Part shown: piece after piece, positions 51,505 through 62,311 of the stretch
Position numbering within the stretch: the first letter of the stretch is position 1
How the letters are laid out: each line of letters begins with the position of its first letter
Source: Promethearchaeota archaeon
GTDB taxonomy: Archaea > Asgardarchaeota > Thorarchaeia > Thorarchaeales > Thorarchaeaceae
Length of the DNA stretch: 64,000 bases
Direction of reading: 5' to 3'
Assembly (NCBI GenBank): GCA_027031765.1
Contig: JALVPN010000040.1
Location: 71,915 to 135,914 of the forward strand
Made by a program: the position numbers and the translations under genes
Notes under the pieces: generated by a model
Databases searched by the model: none
What the model saw: only the letters and a program-made list of their open reading frames with translations
What the model was told of the DNA's origin: nothing

Positions 51505-52488
51505 GTGCAGACAATGACTATTGCAGTCCATGAAAGTGCACTAATACGACACTTCAACACTCGCAGAGAGACCTTACGTGCGTGGGAGGAACGCATTGGT
51601 GCCCGCTTCTCACCGTTTCGTGGGTTCAAGATGCCAGACAGTCGCTTGTACTGTGAACATCCAGATTTTCTGGACAGCATAGTGGACCTGATAATAACCA
51701 ACGAACGGCACATATTCCTCCGGGGACCTGTCGGCTCTGGCAAAAGCACGCTGATGTTGCTGGCGCTGAGAGACTTGCCGACTTTGGCAGACCGCCGTGG
51801 TAACAAGTTCATTACAGGATACGTAGGGATGACAGGGCTCTATGAGAAACAGATGGCGGCCGCAATAGCAGACTCGTTGCGTGTCAAGTACCGCCGGTCA
51901 TGGGAATCGAGTCAAATCATTGAGGCTGTGGCGAGAGAGTGCGTCAGGCGGTACGTTGAGGAGCACTGTCGTACGGCGTTGTTCATAGAGGATGTGGCTG
52001 ACAATCAGGAAGCTGCATTCCACAAGCTCCGTTATCTAGCGGATCTCCCAACAGAGGAGATGAAAGAAGAATATGGGGGGGCCCTAGACGAGCCAGTAGT
52101 GACTTTGATTATGAGTGGCACCATGATGTATTGGAATGCCATGTTGAGCTTCTTGCCGCAGATAGCCGATAGGACAGAACCCCTTGATGTGCCACCATTT
52201 GATGACGCGAAGGCAAAGGAGTTCATAGGACGACGACTGGCATACGCACGCGGTGAGATTGACAGCTTCGACCCTAATGACTTTGACATCTATCCCTTTG
52301 AGGAAGAGGCTATCGAGATAATAAATGCTGCAGCTAGGGGGAACCCGCGGGACATAAGGATGCTCGCAAGAGGTTGCCAACAGGTGGCTGCTGAGCGGCT
52401 CAAGGAAACTGGGGACCCATCAATTACAGTTGAGATAGCAACACTCGTTGTCGATGCATATTCCGCACTTTTGAAGGAGGTGCAGTGA
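51505..52488 (+). CDS. AAA+ ATPase of the archaeal Arch_ATPase (PF01637-like) type
   Basis: Walker A GPVGSGKSTL, Walker B ALFIEDV; about 327 aa. Confidence 0.5.
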   Translation: MQTMTIAVHESALIRHFNTRRETLRAWEERIGARFSPFRGFKMPDSRLYCEHPDFLDSIVDLIITNERHIFLRGPVGSGKSTLMLLALRDLPTLADRRGNKFITGYVGMTGLYEKQMAAAIADSLRVKYRRSWESSQIIEAVARECVRRYVEEHCRTALFIEDVADNQEAAFHKLRYLADLPTEEMKEEYGGALDEPVVTLIMSGTMMYWNAMLSFLPQIADRTEPLDVPPFDDAKAKEFIGRRLAYARGEIDSFDPNDFDIYPFEEEAIEIINAAARGNPRDIRMLARGCQQVAAERLKETGDPSITVEIATLVVDAYSALLKEVQ

Positions 52489-52799
52489 CTGTGAGCCTTC
52501 TGGGAAAGTACAGGCGTGAGGAGAAAGAGAGAGGCGAAGAGGAGCCGAAAAGAACACCTGCTGCCACTAGCAGTACACGCGTGGTAAGACGCCGGTCTAC
52601 GGCCTCTTCAGTTCCCAACAAGGAGCGGAAAAGCCCGATAATGAGCTTCTCTGTGGCCTCTGACCTGCGTGCCTGTCTGCAGGCCGTCAGGATGGAGAAG
52701 GCAATCAATCTGAGCATGTGGGTTGAACGCACACTTAGGGAGGCTGTAATCAGAGAGTTCCCAGAGATTGCACAGGCTCATCTCCGTAGTGATGCATAG
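52485..52799 (+). CDS. Ribbon-helix-helix (CopG/Arc-like) DNA-binding protein with basic N-terminal tail; GTGA overlap with the ATPase gene, GGAGG RBS 4 nt upstream
   Basis: C-terminal MSFSVASDLRACLQAVRMEKAINLSMWVERTLREAV fits beta-alpha-alpha RHH. Confidence 0.5.
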   Translation: MTVSLLGKYRREEKERGEEEPKRTPAATSSTRVVRRRSTASSVPNKERKSPIMSFSVASDLRACLQAVRMEKAINLSMWVERTLREAVIREFPEIAQAHLRSDA

Positions 52800-53015
52800 T
52801 GCGACCCGCATATGTCAAGTCCACTTGTCCCCACCGGCCACTCAATACCCAAAGAAATCACGTCCTACGCCTAACGCTGGAAAACCCAGTCCTACTGGTA
52901 TTAGGAGTAATACAGCCAGACAGCCCTGGATTCCTCTCCATGGTAGCAATCTGGGTGGGTTCCCGGGATTGAAACAGTAGTCGAGGCAGACAAGGTAGTA
53001 GGTGACCGCAGAAAG

Positions 53016-54413
53016 TCACATGGTGCGTCGTCCTTTCAGCTCCGAGTACTCAACAACCTTCGCGATGGCAAGGCACGCCGTATGAGGGTCATCATAGCAG
53101 GGGATACGGTTCATCTCAAGGAGATCCTTGCCTGGCTTTCCTACATCACCAGCAAGCCAAACACCCACCACGGGCTTGTCTGCACCCGCAAGCCGTGCCC
53201 CCTCCAGAGTACCGGCCGCATGTTCTGTCTGTGTCATTCCTGCGAAGGTCGGCACGCCACATATTACCAATAGAGTATCGATATTTTCATCACTGAGTAG
53301 TAGCTCAGTAGCAACACGGTACTCACGGCGTCCGCCGCTTGCCACCACGTCTACGGGGTTGCGAGTGGCGGCCATCGGGGAAAGAATCTGGCGGAGCTCA
53401 CGGCGCGTTTCCTTGGACAGCTCAGGTACGTTCAATCCAAAGTACGATGCGGCGTCGGCCGCAAGAACACCTGCACCGCCGGTATTACTGATGATACCAA
53501 TATTACGGCCACACGGCGAAGGTTGGTAGTCAAAGAGTTTGCACACCTCAAGCAGTGAGTCGAGGGTAGGAATCATGACGGCCCCGGCTTGGCGAACCAT
53601 ACCTTCGAATATTTTTGCTGAGCCGGCCAGTGAGCCTGTGTGTGACTGTGTGGCACGACCGCCGGCCTTACTGAGCCCGCCCTTTAGCACTACCACGGGC
53701 TTTGCCATTGCGGCCTGTCTGAGAGACTCGAAGAAAGGACGGCCTTTGTCTACGCCTTCCACATAGATTGCTATGACGTGGGTCCTATCATCTTCTGTGA
53801 AATACCTAAGCACCTCTGAGAAACTGACATCAGCCGCGTTCCCCAAACTCGCAAACTTGCTGACCCCAATCCTCTTCGCACGTGTATTGTATATGGTCAT
53901 TCCACCAAGAGCACCACTCTGTGAGAGAAGGGCTATGTTCCCACGTTCTGGCATCATAGTGAAAGTCCCGTTGAAGAGACGGCTGTTCGAAACTCCGACA
54001 CAGTTGGGGCCTATGATGCGCACACCTGCTTCCCGAGCTGCATGCACGAGCTGGTTTTCCAGCTGCTTCCCTTCGGGGCCGGTTTCGCTGAAGCCACCAG
54101 AAATTACAACAGCATGGCGTGCTCCGGCGGCCCGAACCTCGTACATGAGTGCAGGACAGTACTTCGCCGCTACTGCAATGATTACTAGGTCGACTGGCAC
54201 CGGTAGTTGGCGGAGGCTGGGGTATGCACGTACGCCCAACACACGCTCGCGACTCCGCGTTACAGGGAACACCTCAACCTCGGACGCAAGGAGATTCATG
54301 AGAATCGAGTTGCCTAGCTTCCGATAGTCGGCTGACGCCCCAACTAGAGCGACTCTGCGTGGATTGAAGAAAGGATCCAAATCATTGTAGGCGTCATATT
54401 CGCCGTATGACAT
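53016..54413 (-). CDS. ADP-forming acetyl-CoA synthetase alpha subunit (CoA-binding / succinyl-CoA-synthetase-like)
   Basis: RRVALVGAS CoA-binding N-terminus; conserved phospho-histidine region SHTGSLAG. Confidence 0.85.
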   Translation of the reverse strand: MSYGEYDAYNDLDPFFNPRRVALVGASADYRKLGNSILMNLLASEVEVFPVTRSRERVLGVRAYPSLRQLPVPVDLVIIAVAAKYCPALMYEVRAAGARHAVVISGGFSETGPEGKQLENQLVHAAREAGVRIIGPNCVGVSNSRLFNGTFTMMPERGNIALLSQSGALGGMTIYNTRAKRIGVSKFASLGNAADVSFSEVLRYFTEDDRTHVIAIYVEGVDKGRPFFESLRQAAMAKPVVVLKGGLSKAGGRATQSHTGSLAGSAKIFEGMVRQAGAVMIPTLDSLLEVCKLFDYQPSPCGRNIGIISNTGGAGVLAADAASYFGLNVPELSKETRRELRQILSPMAATRNPVDVVASGGRREYRVATELLLSDENIDTLLVICGVPTFAGMTQTEHAAGTLEGARLAGADKPVVGVWLAGDVGKPGKDLLEMNRIPCYDDPHTACLAIAKVVEYSELKGRRTM

Positions 54414-55684
54414 AGGCAAGGGCGACAACACACCTGATTTATGTGTAACTAGTGAAATTCAGTACGGAAGTACTTGTAGACCATTTCGGGGGTTGGGTAC
54501 AAAAGTGTCATGGGATGTCTGCAACGTACGCACGGTGTCCGGCCTAAGAGGGGAGGGCAGCGCCGCTCTGTAATAGTGCTGTATAGTGTATGGGTCGTAT
54601 TGCGTGTATTACGACCATGGATGAGCTTTGGACGCGAGCGAGAAACAACTGACATTCAACATTAGAGCAAAGTAGAACGCCAATGTAACTCCACATCTGC
54701 TAGAAGCGGTGCAGATTGAGCCAGACAGATGGCCTATTCGATACCCCGCAGACTTGTCATGAGGACAATCATGTGTGTTGCAGCTTCAAGGGCTAGTGGA
54801 CTCAGGCGGCAGTTTGCGGCACAGAAGCTGCAGAGATATTTCAATGCAAATCGTGCAGCAAGGGGGCAAGAGTACCCACTACGTGTTATCTCAACGGATC
54901 TGCGTACGTCAAGTATTCCAAGCCACCCAGCAACAACAAGGCAGTCAGTGCCGAGTCACGCAGCACACTCATGTGTAGCGGAACTGTAGAATACACTCTG
55001 CACCCAAGCGGTATTGTTCATATAACAGGTAATACGCGTGATACGTCACGTAGATGCTCCTCTTTGGCGAAACGTCCACGCTCGCCAATTGAAATGGAGC
55101 AGGAAGTGGTAGCTGGCAGCAGACAGAACACCAAACTCTGTAGCAAGAAACCCGGGCCACCGGGGTTCTACGAGGCACTGGAACCGTATAACACTACAAC
55201 CGAGGCCGTACGTCAATCCGACATCACAACGTGGATCACTATCACTACAAGGAACCACAAGTAGCCGACATGCCGGTCACCTTTGGACACACGACATAGG
55301 GCGGTAACTACGCAGTACGTGGGGCTCCATCCATAGGCGAAACCCGCGTGCAAGCCGCCTGCATTCGTTAATACTCGTAATACTAGTGATACAGCAATAC
55401 GGCCAATCCACATCTACAGCATGGTGAACCAGGAAGATTCAGCACCCGCTGCTGTTCTAAGATTAGAACTATGTATTCCTGTTGTCAAGAATATAGTGAG
55501 TGTGTCGTACCAGACAGAAGCATATAGACCACGAGCAATCCAGTCCAACTGCACCGTCCAGCATCTCTATCTCCTCGGAACAGACCTCCAGATTTGGGTA
55601 CGGTGTCAGAAGGACACTCAGGTCTGCAAGAGGTACGACACACTCGAGCCCGGTCTACACTCACTACAGGCCAGGCAGTTCTAG

Positions 55685-56239
55685 CTAGTCCAGACGTAGC
55701 GCAAGCGGAGACTGCAACAAGTCCAGTGCGTCAAGAACCACGCGTTCAGCAGCCCTGTACGCTTCAACGTCCTCTGGGGAGAGAGAGTGCCTTGCTGCGA
55801 GTGCTTCGCGGATGCTGCGGTATGCACCAACCCTAGTCGCTACCTCCTCGAAGGGCCTGAAAATACTGAGCTCAAAGAGGCCCAGATACGCCAGGACGAG
55901 CAGGGTATAGATGGAACGCATGACATTTCGCCGCGCTTGCTTCAGAGTTCTGTTGAAGGCGCCGCGCGAAACCCCCTTTCCACCGCGCGGCCCTCTACCC
56001 CTAAGTGACGCCTTCTGTTCGTATGAAACGCGGCCCTCTGATGCATCATCTGTGAGGAGATCAATCAACAGTGTTTCGAGCTGCGTGCTGGTCAGACTGG
56101 AGCGTTCAAGAAGAATGCGCAAGATTGGCTCCCGTAGCACAAGGCGCACTTGTGATACCATCTCCGTCAACGACCCGTCATCTTTTCTTTCTTCGTTCAA
56201 CAGCTCACGCTCCGCCACTGATGAAACGGCGCTCATATT
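55685..56239 (-). CDS. Hypothetical protein in low-GC island (start uncertain)
   Basis: Helical protein-like composition; no motif. Confidence 0.3.
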   Translation of the reverse strand, partial: NMSAVSSVAERELLNEERKDDGSLTEMVSQVRLVLREPILRILLERSSLTSTQLETLLIDLLTDDASEGRVSYEQKASLRGRGPRGGKGVSRGAFNRTLKQARRNVMRSIYTLLVLAYLGLFELSIFRPFEEVATRVGAYRSIREALAARHSLSPEDVEAYRAAERVVLDALDLLQSPLALRLD

Positions 56240-56382
56240 GGCCAATTCACGCGAATCGTCGCTATAAGGCCGTCTGCAAATCCATGTCCACCGGGGGTCC
56301 GGGTGGATACAATTCTGTATACGGCAGAGCTTAAAGCCATATCTGTGTATGAGGCGTGATAGGCGTATTACACTCGATTCAA

Positions 56383-56886
56383 TTATGGCCGTGTTGGCAC
56401 CCACCAAGACTCCTCAGGAGGAACAAATGTAAATGCAAGGACGAGATTGCCACGAACCTGGTCAAACTCATAGACTGCAAACGTTATTGACTCATCATCC
56501 CGATGCCACGAAACATATCTGAGCGCAACTTGACGTCTGAAAAACGCCCGACAATAGCGACGTACCGCGATGAACAGATTGCGATACCGGCGGCGCTGCG
56601 ACGGGCGGATCCCCCAACGTTCGAGGATGAACCGGTTCGCGAGGGAGTTGCTAGATATGAGGATTGGATGCATCACCCTCGTTGACCGACCAGCAACAGC
56701 AGACTCAAGCATGCGTCTAAGGCAAGCAGGAATCCCGGCAAGCACAGATGGGGTCGCGGCTAGGTCTACTGCACCAGTCCCTCCAGAATTGACGGATGTC
56801 ATCACCATCAGAAGGATAGTTTGGTCATCCGCAATAAAAACACCCCAAAATTCGCCGCCGCCACAACTCTCTGCATGACAATGCAC
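56383..56886 (-). CDS. Hypothetical protein in low-GC island, 25-nt overlap with downstream ORF
   Basis: ORF only. Confidence 0.3.
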   Translation of the reverse strand: MHCHAESCGGGEFWGVFIADDQTILLMVMTSVNSGGTGAVDLAATPSVLAGIPACLRRMLESAVAGRSTRVMHPILISSNSLANRFILERWGIRPSQRRRYRNLFIAVRRYCRAFFRRQVALRYVSWHRDDESITFAVYEFDQVRGNLVLAFTFVPPEESWWVPTRP

Positions 56887-57105
56887 GACTTATCCAACGC
56901 ATCAATGATGTCATGAATCGTCATGCAATCAGAGAGGAACCGACAGAGCACCACTGGTACATGCGACACGGGAATGTGACAAGTTGTATTGGTACTCATG
57001 TGAGTAATACGACCAATACGAATATTATCAGTGGAATATAGTGCACGATTTGCCACTTCATCGTATTAATATCGGCACAAGAAATAGAGCGGCTAGGGAC
57101 TCCCT

Positions 57106-59454
57106 GTGAAACAACAGGCGACAATTCACATCAGAGGAATCGTCCAGGGTGTGGGGTTCAGGCCCTTCGTGTATCGTGTAGCCACGCAAAACAGACTCAA
57201 GGGTTACGTGCTGAACCTCGGCGATGCAGGTGTTAGAGTTGTCCTTGAAGGCGAGCGGAACAACATAGAGGCCACAATCAGACAGATCAAGAATCACCCA
57301 CCGTCAATCGCAAGAATCGACGACATGGAAATTCGCTGGTCTTACGCCACAGGACAGTTTCCCGATTTCAGAATTGCCAAGTCCAGCAGCACAGCTACTG
57401 CAGATGTGACCCGGATTCCGCCTGACATCGCAACATGTGAGGACTGCGTCCGCGACATCTTCGACCCAAACTCTCGGTGGTATCAGTATCCATTTACGTC
57501 CTGCGCTGCTTGCGGGCCAAGATACTCCACCATTACGGATTTGCCATACGACAGACCAAACACCACCATGGCTGACTTCCCATTGTGTAATACATGTCAT
57601 AGCAGTTATACAGACCCTGGGAATAGACGGTACCATGCTCAGACAACGGCATGCCCCATATGTGGCCCGCGCTACGTACTGCTGGACAAGGAAGGTAACA
57701 CAGTTGCCACCGAGAGGCCACTCCTTGCCGCGGCCCACCTGCTTGCAGATGATAGAGTGCTCGCTTTACATGGAACCTCCGGAACCCACCTTGTCACTAT
57801 AACTAGCACTCCAGAACCGATTTACCACTTGCGTGAACGAAAGAGGCGGCCCCAGAGACCCTTGGCCGTCATGGCCCGTGGCATGAGCGCAGTCGCTGCC
57901 TTCGCCACTCCTACAACGAGAGAAGCAGAGGAGATGCAGTCATGGCGTAGGCCAATCGTCCTAGTCAGCCGCCGGAGTGTGCCAATGTCCGGGTCTACGG
58001 TCACAGCTGAGTCGCTTGACGCCATAGCGCCCGGCCTCGATACAATTGGCGTGATGCTGCCCTACTCTCCAGCGCACCATATCCTCTTCAACACCCTAAA
58101 TGAGGACGCCCTAGTGATGACAAGCGCAAACCCCACGGGCCTGCCAATGTATATCGATTCCTCTGACATCGTGAAACACCTGCATGAGATAGCAGACTAC
58201 TTTCTTGTCCACAACCGCAGAATACATCAGCGGTGTGACGACTCAGTACTCAAATACATCGCCGGCAGACGCGTCTTCATCCGTCGCTCGAGGGGATACG
58301 TGCCCGAGCCGATCCATACAGACTGGCGACCCAAAGGTACCACAGTCGCAGCCCTCGGCCCTGAAGAAAAGGTCACAGGGACAATCGCCAAGGCTGGTGT
58401 GTTTTACCCAACACAACACATAGGTGATACAGACAGCATCGAAAGCATCGAGTTCCTCACTCACGCAATGAACCACCTGAAGCATCTGTTGAGAATTGAA
58501 CGGTTCGATGCCATTGCGTGTGACCTGCACCCACAGTTCCTCACTACCGAGACCGCCGAAATCATTGCTCAGGAAACGAACACCTCCCTCACACGAGTGC
58601 AACACCACCATGCGCACCTCGCGAGCCTCATAGTAGATAGCAACCTTTCTAGTAATACCCGTATCGTGTGTATTACCGCTGATGGATATGGCTATGGCCC
58701 CAACGGGGAAGCTTGGGGCGGTGAGGTACTCGTGGGCGGTCTCAAAGATGTCACTTGGTACGGAGGTCTCATGCCCAGCAGGTTGTCAGGAGGCGACCTC
58801 GCCGCAAGATATGCCACTAGGAGCCTCATCGGGATTGCCACACCCATTTCCAGTGAAGAGCAGCTCCTGACAATTGCAGGAGGAAACAAGATCTCAGAAC
58901 GAAAACGCCTGACTGAATCAACTCTTCAACTACTAGTACATTCAGCTGAAAGAGGTGTGAACGCAGTTACCACCTCGAGTGCAGGGCGATTTCTCGATGC
59001 CGTGTCTGTAGCTCTGGGCATATGCTCAGAAAACACATACGACGGCGAATGTCCAATGAAACTCGAATCAGTGGCCAGAGACAACGGGACAAGGATCAGA
59101 CCGCACTACATTGACCGACGAGGTAGCCCCCTCATAGACACTGGTGCCGCACTTCAGCAAGTCCTGGAACTGATACAACAGCGGGTGCCACGGGCAGGAA
59201 TAGCTTTCGCTGCACAGTGGTTCCTTGGTGAGGCACTTGCCCAGATTGCGTGTATGGCCTCCCAGGAGCAGTCAATACCTCAGGTTGGGTTTTCCGGAGG
59301 AGTGGCACTCAACAGGAATATCACACGAGCCGTGGAGAGAGTCGTTAGCGACCATGGAGTGCAACTCCTGCGCCACTGGCGAGTCCCACCTGGAGATGGC
59401 GGAGTTTCCGTTGGGCAGAGTGCAGTCACCATGGCCCAGCTAGCACTTGAGTGA
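57106..59454 (+). CDS. hypF: Hydrogenase maturation carbamoyltransferase HypF
   Basis: Acylphosphatase N-terminus VQGVGFRPFV, two CxxC Zn-finger pairs, YrdC and Kae1-like domains. Confidence 0.9.
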   Translation: MKQQATIHIRGIVQGVGFRPFVYRVATQNRLKGYVLNLGDAGVRVVLEGERNNIEATIRQIKNHPPSIARIDDMEIRWSYATGQFPDFRIAKSSSTATADVTRIPPDIATCEDCVRDIFDPNSRWYQYPFTSCAACGPRYSTITDLPYDRPNTTMADFPLCNTCHSSYTDPGNRRYHAQTTACPICGPRYVLLDKEGNTVATERPLLAAAHLLADDRVLALHGTSGTHLVTITSTPEPIYHLRERKRRPQRPLAVMARGMSAVAAFATPTTREAEEMQSWRRPIVLVSRRSVPMSGSTVTAESLDAIAPGLDTIGVMLPYSPAHHILFNTLNEDALVMTSANPTGLPMYIDSSDIVKHLHEIADYFLVHNRRIHQRCDDSVLKYIAGRRVFIRRSRGYVPEPIHTDWRPKGTTVAALGPEEKVTGTIAKAGVFYPTQHIGDTDSIESIEFLTHAMNHLKHLLRIERFDAIACDLHPQFLTTETAEIIAQETNTSLTRVQHHHAHLASLIVDSNLSSNTRIVCITADGYGYGPNGEAWGGEVLVGGLKDVTWYGGLMPSRLSGGDLAARYATRSLIGIATPISSEEQLLTIAGGNKISERKRLTESTLQLLVHSAERGVNAVTTSSAGRFLDAVSVALGICSENTYDGECPMKLESVARDNGTRIRPHYIDRRGSPLIDTGAALQQVLELIQQRVPRAGIAFAAQWFLGEALAQIACMASQEQSIPQVGFSGGVALNRNITRAVERVVSDHGVQLLRHWRVPPGDGGVSVGQSAVTMAQLALE

Positions 59455-59486
59455 CACGACTCAGCCAGAACGCCACACGGCAGACA

Positions 59487-60098
59487 TCACGAACCACCCG
59501 ATACCGCTGCCACTCCCAAATCGAGCGCGGCTGAGTTTATAGCCTCATAGCGACCTCCAAAGGCACTCCGCACTACAGCCCTAGCAGTTCCAACACCAAA
59601 AGGAAGCAGACCTAGGCCTAGAACGGCACCAAACATTACCATGTTGACTGCACGAGGACTGCCAGCCTTCTGGGCAAGGGTCATTGCATCGACCTTCGTG
59701 ACCTCAACTCCAAACGGCGACATCAGACGGTCAATCTCGGCCTCGGACGGGTACCTATCATGACCCATCGAGACCGCAACTGGATACTGGACATGCGTGT
59801 TCATCACCACATGGCCACCGGGACGTACAAGGGAAATCTCGCGTAGTGTTTCTAGCGGTTCAAAACCGATGATGACGTCACCAGTGCCAATATCAACAAT
59901 AGGCCCCAAGGCGCCATCCCCAATGCGGACGAATGATACAACATGTCCGCCCCGCTGAGCCATTCCATGGATCTCACCAACACGGACATTGTTTGACTCG
60001 TTCAGAGCAGCCTGCGCCATTATCTGGGCCAGCGTCAATACACCCTGACCGCCCACACCGGTCACAACAATATTACGTGTAATACCAGTCCTAGCCAT
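59487..60098 (-). CDS. iorB: Indolepyruvate ferredoxin oxidoreductase beta subunit
   Basis: IVVTGVGGQGV...HGMAQRGG gamma-domain motifs. Confidence 0.8.
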   Translation of the reverse strand: MARTGITRNIVVTGVGGQGVLTLAQIMAQAALNESNNVRVGEIHGMAQRGGHVVSFVRIGDGALGPIVDIGTGDVIIGFEPLETLREISLVRPGGHVVMNTHVQYPVAVSMGHDRYPSEAEIDRLMSPFGVEVTKVDAMTLAQKAGSPRAVNMVMFGAVLGLGLLPFGVGTARAVVRSAFGGRYEAINSAALDLGVAAVSGGS

Positions 60099-61991
60099 TC
60101 ACACACCTCCCTGTTTGATTGCCCCCTGAGGACAGACATGTACACAGCTACCGCAGTAGTTGCAAAGGGCTGGATCAATGGCAGCCTGACCCGTTTCCTG
60201 ATTCAGATACATGGCAGGGCAGGAGAACCGGTTCAGACAACGCCGACATCCATTGCAGAGGTCCACATCAACGTAGTACGGCTCTGGAAACACACCCGTA
60301 CTCCGCCGTTCAGCCGCAGTGAGCAGAGCGCATGGTGCACGCGAGACCAAGACACCTGGGGCACGGTTGTCCCTTACCCACTGCACTAGCTGACGCACCT
60401 CAGCGACTACTTCAGATAGTGGCTGAAACGGGTCTACAGTCCTAACATACTCCACGCCGAGACCCCTACACACATCCTCGATTCTTAGGGGCGGTACAGA
60501 CTCCTGCATCCCAGTGAGTCCAGTTCCCGGATGTGGCTGGTGGCCGGTCATAGCAGTTGTACGATTGTCGAGGACAACCAGACAGATTGGATGGCGGTTG
60601 TACACAGCATTGGCGAGACCCGGCAGTCCTGATGCGAAGAAGGTGCTGTCCCCAATCGTCGCTACGACATCCTGGCCGGTCACGCGCGCAATGCCGCACG
60701 CAGTTGTTATTGAAGAACCCATGTCAAAGAGGATGTCCGCTGTTTCAAGCGGAGGTGCAATGCTGAGAGTATAGCACCCAATATCCGACGGATATATCGC
60801 CTTCCCACGAGTCGCAGCACGGATTGCATAGTACGTAGCACGGTGCGGGCAGCCAGGACATAGCAGAGGAGGACGCGGTGGCAAGTCACGCACCGAACGG
60901 GCCCTCTCCTCAGCCGCATCCCAGTCAATCGGCGACTCGACACCAAGCACACCGGTCATGGCCCGCATCACAATACGAGTGTTGAACTCAAACGTCCGGG
61001 GGAGCACCCCCTGTTCCTTTCCAACAATACGGACATCAATACTATGAAGCTGTGCCAGACGGCGCAGGTGGGTTTCAAGGACAGGTTCGAGCTCTTCAAC
61101 TACGAGAACAGTCGGATGTGCTTCTAGAAACCGTGCAATCATATCTTCAGGAACAGGATGAGTCATCCCGAGTTTCAATACAGCTGCACTGATACTTAGG
61201 GCCTCAATGGCCTCCCGCACATAGTTGTAGGAAACCCCACTGGTCACAACACCAAACTCCCCCTCACCAGTGACAAAGTTCAGAGGAGTCGCTTCAGAAA
61301 CCTCGCGTGCACGCTCGATTTGCCTCAACAGTGCAGGATGCTGCTTCCGTGCTACAGCAGGGATTGGGACGAAACGCAAGGGCTCCTTCTTAAACACTAC
61401 ATGTTCAGGAGGGCGTGCAATTGGACCAAGGGGCACAGGAGCCCGGGTATGGTTCACACGAGTGGTGGTTCTCAGCAACACCGGCAGCTCAAGCTCCTCT
61501 GAAAGATCATACGCAGCAAGAACCATAGCCTTGGCCTCTGCGGGATCAGCAGGCTCCAGCATGGGCATGTTGGCCATCAGTGCATAGTACCGGCTGTCAT
61601 TTTCGTTCTGACTGCTCCACATGCTGGGGTCGTCCGCAACTACAATGACCATGCCCCCACGCACCCCAACATATGCAAGTGAGAGGAACGGATCAGCAGC
61701 AACATTCAGGCCAGGGCCCTTACATACCATCATTGACCGGACTCCTGCAACAGCGGCCGCACCGGCAACCTCAATCGCAACCTTTTCGTTGGCACTGAAC
61801 TCAAAGTAGAAGTTCTCCATGTGCGGAGCCATCTGCGTGAGACTGTTTCCAATCTCGCTGCTCGGCGTCCCCGGGTACAATGCAACAAGCCGTACGCCCG
61901 CTTCGAGAACTGCACGCGCAATGGCCTCATTTGCCAACAACAACAGCGTTTCCCCCACTGCGTCCTGCAACAGTTCCTTTGCTTTCACCAA
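60099..61991 (-). CDS. iorA: Indolepyruvate ferredoxin oxidoreductase alpha subunit (TPP, 2x[4Fe-4S])
   Basis: TPP region GDSTFFASG; C-terminal CNGCRRC...CPAMY and CNYCGSCVHVCP ferredoxin motifs. Confidence 0.85.
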   Translation of the reverse strand: MVKAKELLQDAVGETLLLLANEAIARAVLEAGVRLVALYPGTPSSEIGNSLTQMAPHMENFYFEFSANEKVAIEVAGAAAVAGVRSMMVCKGPGLNVAADPFLSLAYVGVRGGMVIVVADDPSMWSSQNENDSRYYALMANMPMLEPADPAEAKAMVLAAYDLSEELELPVLLRTTTRVNHTRAPVPLGPIARPPEHVVFKKEPLRFVPIPAVARKQHPALLRQIERAREVSEATPLNFVTGEGEFGVVTSGVSYNYVREAIEALSISAAVLKLGMTHPVPEDMIARFLEAHPTVLVVEELEPVLETHLRRLAQLHSIDVRIVGKEQGVLPRTFEFNTRIVMRAMTGVLGVESPIDWDAAEERARSVRDLPPRPPLLCPGCPHRATYYAIRAATRGKAIYPSDIGCYTLSIAPPLETADILFDMGSSITTACGIARVTGQDVVATIGDSTFFASGLPGLANAVYNRHPICLVVLDNRTTAMTGHQPHPGTGLTGMQESVPPLRIEDVCRGLGVEYVRTVDPFQPLSEVVAEVRQLVQWVRDNRAPGVLVSRAPCALLTAAERRSTGVFPEPYYVDVDLCNGCRRCLNRFSCPAMYLNQETGQAAIDPALCNYCGSCVHVCPQGAIKQGGV

Positions 61992-62311
61992 CCTGCCGAC
62001 CTCGCGCCTTCGTCACAATGCCTCCCCAACAACTCGCACTATCAGTTTTATGGTGTCGGCCCACAGTTAGAACACGTGTTCTATTCGTAAAGACCCCTCT
62101 GTTTCGTGTGGAACTGGCAAGACACAAAATATACCAATTAACCAAACATATTTATATCAGTTTTCAGTACGTGCCTTAAGCTCTTTCTAAATATATAACA
62201 ACAAGTACATACAGGTCCAGCTCTTCAAGAGTTCCACTCGAAACAATGGGGTGTATCACGGTACGGGTTGTATTACTCGTGCTACAACGTTACGCTCTAT
62301 GGAACACGTGT

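Noticed and set aside
54600-57010. TAATACGAC matches to the phage T7 promoter core (at 54609 and 56996)
   Set aside because: Only the first 9 nt match; the rest of the T7 consensus is absent. Regarded as a by-product of the GTAATAC motif.
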